A stretch of DNA of 64,000 nt from contig QPMI01000064.1 in assembly GCA_004431415.1 (NCBI GenBank), positions 344,345 through 408,344 of the forward strand, given 5' to 3'. The DNA comes from Cyanophora paradoxa CCMP329. Lineage: Eukaryota > Plantae > Glaucophyta. A program made the position numbers and the translations under genes. Shown here piece after piece: positions 58,762 to 64,000 of the stretch. The notes under the pieces are model-generated. The model was not told the DNA's origin. It did not search any database and worked only from the letters and a program-made list of their open reading frames with translations. Position 1 is the stretch's first letter; every line of letters starts with the position of its first letter.

Positions 58762-60880
58762 TTACGAGGCACCGCCAGCCCGTTTCACTTGCTCGGCAAC
58801 CTTGTACAGGCTACGCGCGTCGAAGTCACCCCTCATGAACTTTCGAATTGCAATTTCGGGAACGGCCTCGATTATGTCGTTCGGCAAGTCCAGCAGCATC
58901 TTTGCTTTTATCACGAACCTCTTCTTCAATTCCGTCTTTTGGAACTCTTCCAGATTGTCGGCTCGCTGAACCTTCGCCACGAGCTCGTCGAACACGACTC
59001 TCACCTTTGCCGCTTTGAGGTCCTCCTCCATTTGGATGGCTTCACGTTCGGCAGTCTCGGGTGCATCTTCCATTTCGATTCGTTCGCGATGCTTGCCTCG
59101 AGTGCCTGCACAGCCTCATTCACAGCCTCTTCTTCCATCGCAACTGGCGGGCCCACCGCCGCCTCCAGTTCCTGGCGATGGTCTTCCCTTACGACGGCGC
59201 GGTACTGCTCCGCAGTGCCGCTGCGCCGCTTTGCGAGCACTTCTTCGCGGCCCTGTCCCAACCGTTCGCTGGCTATGTCCGTGCGCCTGTTGTAACCCTG
59301 CAGAAGCATGGATGCCGCGGTGCCCTGCTTCGAACCCCCCTTGCGTTTCTCTTTGGGTCGATGAGGTTCTCGATGGTGCGCGCGGTGACGAGGGCCGCTG
59401 ACCGGGATCGAAGAGCTGGGTACAGCCACCGCCGGGGGAGGGCAGCCCCGGCACTGGCAAAAGTTTGCGCGACGGCGTTGGCCGCAGCCGTGGCCGCCGC
59501 CTCGGCCGCTACCACCTCTGGCGGGCGCGAGGCCCCGCCTGCGGCTCGGGCGGGGCGGGGCGGGGGCTGCTGCTCCGCGGGGGCGCGGATGGCCTGGCCA
59601 CCGTCGCCGGGGCTGGAAGGGCCGGGCTGGGGCGCCAGTGGGGGCGTCTGCGGCGGCCTCGGTGGCGCGTCGCTGGGCCTCCCCCCTCCATCGCCCATAT
59701 CTACATCGCCGTCTCCGTTGCCAGGGGGCGGCCTTGGCCTGCGGGGGGCGCGAAAGGCCACGCTCGGCTTCTTGTACGGCAGCTCTGCCTGGATGAGCGC
59801 TTCCTTGGCGCCATTCCCGTTAAGGGCCTGAGCGCCGCGCTCATCGACGGCATCATTGTCGCGTTGCGTAAGTCGTGCACGCTGGTCCCTCTCCTTCTCT
59901 AAAATTCCGCTGAGCCGCGAGAGGTTCTTGGTCAGGCGTCGATCTCTGCACGTTCATCGCGCTGGCGACTCTCGTTGGGCCCGGGCCTTCATCGTCTTCG
60001 TCCGGCGGATCGGCCTGGCAAAGGTTTGTAGGTGTTCTTCTCCGAATAATCGGGCGGCTTGCCATCGGGGAATGCTGCGTGTGCGTAAATGCTAGTGGGT
60101 TTGAACTCTTCGCCATTGATGATGTACTTGTAATAATAGTAGCATCATCGAGGTTCATCGGGCCGAGCGTCTCAAGCGCTTCTTGCGCTTCAAGAATTCC
60201 GTGACTTGGTCTTCCTTCGACATGCAAAATTCACGTACGCCCGGAGAACAGTTAGATTCTTACCGTCCACGTCGCAGCGCCGGCCCCAGCGCTTTCGTTC
60301 CAGACGTGAAGGCAGATTGGCCCATGAGCCAAGCGCGGAAGCCCTCCTCGTACTCTCCGTCGATTTCCTGTTCCATGTCTTTGAACTTGTTGATGTAGTA
60401 CGCATTTGCAATTGCCTGCGCCTCTACCTCTGCAAGTTTATCGACTTTTGCCTATCCTCGATGCGACGCACGTCGTCGGACCGGTGCAAGGCCGTCTTTG
60501 CCATCTGCTGGAAGCGCGCGTACTTCTCGCTCTCAAAGGGCGTGATTGCGAGTCCCCGCCCCCGGGACTGCCAGCACGTTGCGGGGCGCGAAACGCGAGG
60601 CGAGCCCCTCATTTGCTCTTCTTAGGGTGGCCTTTGAAATTTATCGGTCTTGGCCTTGTCTTCCTTCCCGTCCTTCTTATCGCCCCCTTCTTCCCCTGCT
60701 TCGTCGGCGCATCGCCACGAATATTTCGCCGGGCGAGACGTCCTCGTACAGCGGCTTCGGCCCCTTTGGAAATTCGGCGGGCCCTTCAGCTTCTCCTTCG
60801 CCTCCTTCACCTCCGCCTTTGTCGGCTTCTCCTGTCCGTTCGTGGCGCCTTTTTCGCGGCTTCTTCTGCGTCTCCGGCAT
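58762..60880 (-). CDS. Large viral protein (heavily frameshifted; possibly 2-3 ORFs)
   Basis: ATG at 60880 with upstream motif. Fragments EGFRAWLMGQS, PGVREFC, LGPMNLDDA(Y)YYKYII, a Pro-rich linker and a coiled-coil C-terminus ending at 58762. Confidence 0.5.
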
Positions 60881-60892
60881 AGCTTAACCACG

Positions 60893-61215
60893 CCAGAAAA
60901 ATATGGTTCGCACCCCGTACGTCTCGGGGAACTGCCTCTCCCACCTGCGCATGGCCGCGTCCCTCTGGTCGTCGAGGCTACGGTAGGCGCGGCCCTCTGG
61001 CCCATCACGATTTGCCAGAGCCGTGCACGGACCTCGTCCTGCAGTCTGTACACCCAATCGCGAATGTTCTCGACGATATCCGTCGGCAGCGTGGCCAACC
61101 CCGCCTTCAGCTCAGGCACATCCGTGGATCCTCTTCGAGCGTCAGCTTTTGCATGCGAGCGCGCAGCATCTCAATTTGCGTATCAATTGGGCCCAGTAAG
61201 GACAGATCGAGACAT
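60893..61215 (-). CDS. Viral hypothetical protein (frameshifted)
   Basis: PIDTQIEMLRARMQKL...ELKAGLATLPTDIVENIRDWVYRL. Confidence 0.45.
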
Positions 61216-61226
61216 CGGGGTACGGA

Positions 61227-61487
61227 TCACTGAGAAATTACACTGGGTCGGAAGAGGAGGTACCCCACCAGGATCCCCGCTATAATCCAGAGGGCGACCA
61301 GTCGCGCTCCGCCGCCGCGCCCCCGTGGTGCTGCAGCAGCTGGGCGGCCCCCGGCCTGCTCAGCCCGTGCGTGCGTGGTCCGTGTAGTGCGGGCGCGGGA
61401 ACTGCTCCTGCGGCACGCGAGGCGGGTAGATGCCCTCGAAATGGTTGCGCATTGGTACATATCCCTATCGAACAGCAGGGAGGCCAT
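61227..61487 (-). CDS. Viral small protein with C-terminal TM helix
   Basis: ...LVALWIIAGILVGYLLFR; atttcta motif upstream. Confidence 0.55.
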   Translation of the reverse strand: MASLLFDRDMYQCATISRASTRLACRRSSSRARTTRTTHARAEQAGGRPAAAAPRGRGGGARLVALWIIAGILVGYLLFRPSVISQ

Positions 61488-61701
61488 TTCTTAATTTGGG
61501 AGGGACTTAGAAATACTGCCGTGAGCTCCCTGTCGCGGATCCTGCGAAAGTCGGCGAAGAGGCCGCGCGCGCAGCGCCTGCAGACGAGGCGGGCCGCCCG
61601 CCCACGCGCGCCACCGTGATCTCGTGCCGAACTGCAGGTGGCCCGGGAAGCAGGTGGGGGTAGTCGCAGACGAAGCAGTGGCAGGCAGTTGCGCCGCCGA
61701 A

Positions 61702-62082
61702 TCACTGCTGAAGAATCGCAGGCTCGCTCGCCGCCTTCTTCGGCGCGCGCTGGCGCTTCGGACTTGGCTCTCGGCGGGCGCCGAGTCGTCCGCCGCGCCG
61801 CCGTCTTCTTGACCCGGGGCGCCGCGGGGGCTTCGGACCGTAGGGCTGCCGGTGCCTGGCTCGAGCCGGCGCCGGGCCAGTGGCGTGGGCCACCTGCGGG
61901 CGCTGCGGCGGGGGCTGGTCTCCGGCCCCTCCTCGAGGACCCGGCGCATGAAGCGCGAGACCCGGCCGCTGCATTGCGTGCAGAGCCGACGGCCACCTGG
62001 CGGTTGTTCTTGCTGGTACGCACCTCGACGTTGGCGAGCTTGGTGTTGGAACGCACTTGAAGCAGTAGTGGGCGTGCTCCAT
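61702..62082 (-). CDS. Viral zinc-ribbon protein (DUF5679-like) with basic tail; frameshifted
   Basis: MEHAHYCFKC / RSNTKLANVEVRTSKNNRQVAVG / CTQCSGRVSRF fits the YCxKC...KNxR...GxCxxCG pattern. Confidence 0.7.
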   Translation of the reverse strand: MEHAHYCFKCVPTPSSPTSRCVPARTTARWPSALHAMQRPGLALHAPGPRGGAGDQPPPQRPQVAHATGPAPARARHRQPYGPKPPRRPGSRRRRRGGRLGARREPSPKRQRAPKKAASEPAILQQ

Positions 62083-62083
62083 G

Positions 62084-62246
62084 CTAGCTACGGATGTAGC
62101 AGCCTTCAGAAAAAAGTGCGTAGTAGCGGACGGCGCACCGGGCGCAGCAGACGTAGACGCCCGCTTGAGCACCCAGCCGCGCTTGGTCTGCGGCAGGCGG
62201 CAGATTTCGCAGCAGAGGGCCTGGGCTTGCGGCACGAGGATCCCAT
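62084..62246 (-). CDS. Viral small CxxC zinc-finger protein (frameshifted)
   Basis: CCEIC...VYVCCARC; atttcta motif at 62260-62266. Confidence 0.4.
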
Positions 62247-62265
62247 CTGGCGCGGGGCCTAGAAA

Positions 62266-62740
62266 TCACAATGGGATCACAACGGATTGAGGCGCGTAGA
62301 GGCGATTAAGTAGGCGTCGCAGAGTCGTCGAGCTTGCCGTTGCGATCCGCGATATCGGCAAGCTCGGCGGGTACAAGTCGCGGCACTTGTCCACGGCGCC
62401 GCGCTTGCGCTCCTTGTAGCTCGGGTTCGAGATCTTGAAGAAATGCTTGATGGCGCGCGGGCTCACGATCCGCGCACGCCCGTACAGGAGGCGTGGAGCG
62501 TGCACTCGATGCAGCGATTAATTCCCGTCCTCTGGCCCTCGATCGCGATCTGGTCGGGAAGCCGAACGCTATGGCCGCGAGTAACCTCAACCAGGCGCGC
62601 CACAAGGCGCCACAGCAGCGCGCAGACGGGAAGAGGGCGATCTTTTGCCAGTCGAGAATCTGGATTCCTTTGTCTGCGGATCGAATTCGATGAGCACAAG
62701 CGAAATTAATGACCCCCACATCCACGCCGAGAATCTTCAT
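62266..62740 (-). CDS. RuvC-like Holliday junction resolvase (poxvirus A22 family), frameshifted
   Basis: MKILGVDVGVINFAC, PDQIAIEGQ, IVSPRAIKHFF, YKERKRGAVDKC and KLDDSA supply all the catalytic motifs in successive frames. Confidence 0.9.
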
Positions 62741-62775
62741 TCCGAGTCACAAGAAAATCTGAATGAAGGGGTAAA

Positions 62776-63804
62776 ATGGCCAAGGACCCAAGAAGCCGAA
62801 GAAGCCGAAGGCGGCCAAGCCCCAGGCCGCCCAGCCCGCAGCGCAGCGCCCGCGGCCCCGCCCCCGCCGGCCAGGCACCGGCTCGGGCTCGGGCACCGCC
62901 CCGCCGCCGGCGCCAGCTGCGCGATGGTATGACGGAGGACGGCATGCAGCTCACGCCCGAGCAGGTCAACGCCTTCCTCGACAACTCGAAGACGGCGGCA
63001 TCGAGCGCATGGCCTGCCTGCCCGAACTTAAATGGTTCGACGTGAACACCGTGAAGTCCGACGCCACCGTCGTCTGTGTCGGCAAGCGGCGCACGGCAAG
63101 TCCTTCTTCCTTCGCGATCTCATGTTCAACCTCTCGGCACCTTCCCGGGGTATCGTAATCAGCCAGACCGATCGCCTGAACGGTACTGGAAGCAGTACAT
63201 ACCCCAGCGCTTCATCTGCCCAAGTACAACCCGGGCGTGCTCTTCCATTTATTCAGGAGACAGCAGGCGATCATGCAGCACAACAAGTCCGAAGACGTGC
63301 TGGCGGAAAGGAAGATCCCGTCGACCCGCGATTTTTCGTGCTGCTCGACGACGTGATTTCCGACGCGCGGCTGCGGTACGACGAGGCCCTCAACGAGCTG
63401 TTCGTGGCGGGGCGCCACTACAAAATCATGACCCTTATCACGACGCAGTATGCCAAGGGCATCAATCCCGTCCTGCCGCTCCAATACTGATCTGGCTGTC
63501 ATTTTCAAGTGCTCGCAGGCGATGCAGCGCGAGGCCCTCGCAAAGGAGTGGGGCGACATCATATCCCAGCGCGCCTTCTACTACCTGCCTCGATAAATAC
63601 ACGCAGGATAACCACTGCCTTATCATCGATTCTTCCAACAACTCTACGAACCCTCTGGACGTCCTTTACGTCTACAAGGCGAGGAGCCGCCCCCGTTCCG
63701 AATCGGATCCAAGGAGTACTGGAGGGCGAAACCGTCAACGGGGAAAATCTCGTGGGTCCGGACGACGGCACGGTGGACAAGACGCTCCTCGGCATGATAA
63801 ATAA
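62776..63804 (+). CDS. A32-like genome packaging ATPase (FtsK/HerA), frameshifted
   Basis: Walker A VVCVGKRRTGKSF, Walker B FFVLLDDV, ELFVAGRHYKIMTLITTQY, RSNTD, LDKYTQDNHCLIID and FRIGSKEYW. Confidence 0.95.
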
Positions 63805-63856
63805 TTTCAGGAAGCACGCGCCTCGCCTGATTTTTTCTGAGGCTACGTGCGTAACC

Positions 63857-64000
63857 ATGTCGCCAGCGCCCACATCGCCTCCGTCTTCCGCGTCGAGTCC
63901 ATCGCCTACGACTGCCTCCTGGAGGCCAGCCTTGACCCCTCCTCGCCCTTTAACGACGGCGAGGTCAGCAGCGCCCTGGAGAGGATCTGCGACGCGCTGG
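63857..64000 (+). CDS. Start of next viral ORF (truncated by the window edge)
   Basis: attttttct at 63830-63838, ATG at 63857, then coding-like sequence. Confidence 0.45.
   Translation, partial: MSPAPTSPPSSASSPSPTTASWRPALTPPRPLTTARSAAPWRGSATRW

Larger units (their letters stand above)
48987..64000. mobile_element. Endogenous viral element: small Nucleocytoviricota-related dsDNA virus (Mriyavirus/Yaravirus-like); continues beyond the window
   Basis: Abrupt switch to intronless, abutting ORFs. Contains MCP, A32 ATPase, A22/RuvC and SSB, plus a shared upstream motif. The left boundary is approximate (first ORF is 5'-truncated). Confidence 0.9.

Noticed and set aside
48987-64000. Polinton/Maverick or virophage
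   Set aside because: No pPolB, rve integrase, adenain protease or TIR is visible. The MCP motifs are NCLDV-type and RuvC plus SSB are present. Not fully excluded without the rest of the element.

Overview
GC-rich eukaryotic nuclear DNA with many short introns (about 55-130 bp, CTGAC branch sites). Phe-containing plastid-transit-like N-termini suggest an alga, possibly a glaucophyte such as Cyanophora (inference). Bases 1 to ~48.6 kb hold intron-rich host genes: a Venus-flytrap/ANF-type receptor, a MYND-finger protein, mTERF, a Thr-Glu-Pro repeat protein with two EF-hand-like modules, CCDC130/YJU2B, a PB1+TM protein, PDCD5, a TraB-family protein and several hypotheticals. The spacers between them are saturated with short palindromes and carry nested MITEs, hAT elements and a polyA/TSD retro-insertion. 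From ~49.0 kb to the window end the organisation switches abruptly to tightly packed, intronless, frameshifted ORFs of an endogenous small Nucleocytoviricota-related virus. It has an NCLDV-type double jelly-roll major capsid protein, an A32 packaging ATPase, an A22/RuvC resolvase, a DUF2738-type SSB and zinc-ribbon and membrane proteins. A TTTTCT motif precedes nearly every viral start codon, and a nested inverted-repeat/iteron cluster lies at 52.1-53.6 kb. The gene set best fits a Mriyavirus/Yaravirus-like dwarf NCLDV relative (inference). All family assignments are from motif recognition by eye, with no database searches, and exon boundaries of hypothetical genes are approximate.
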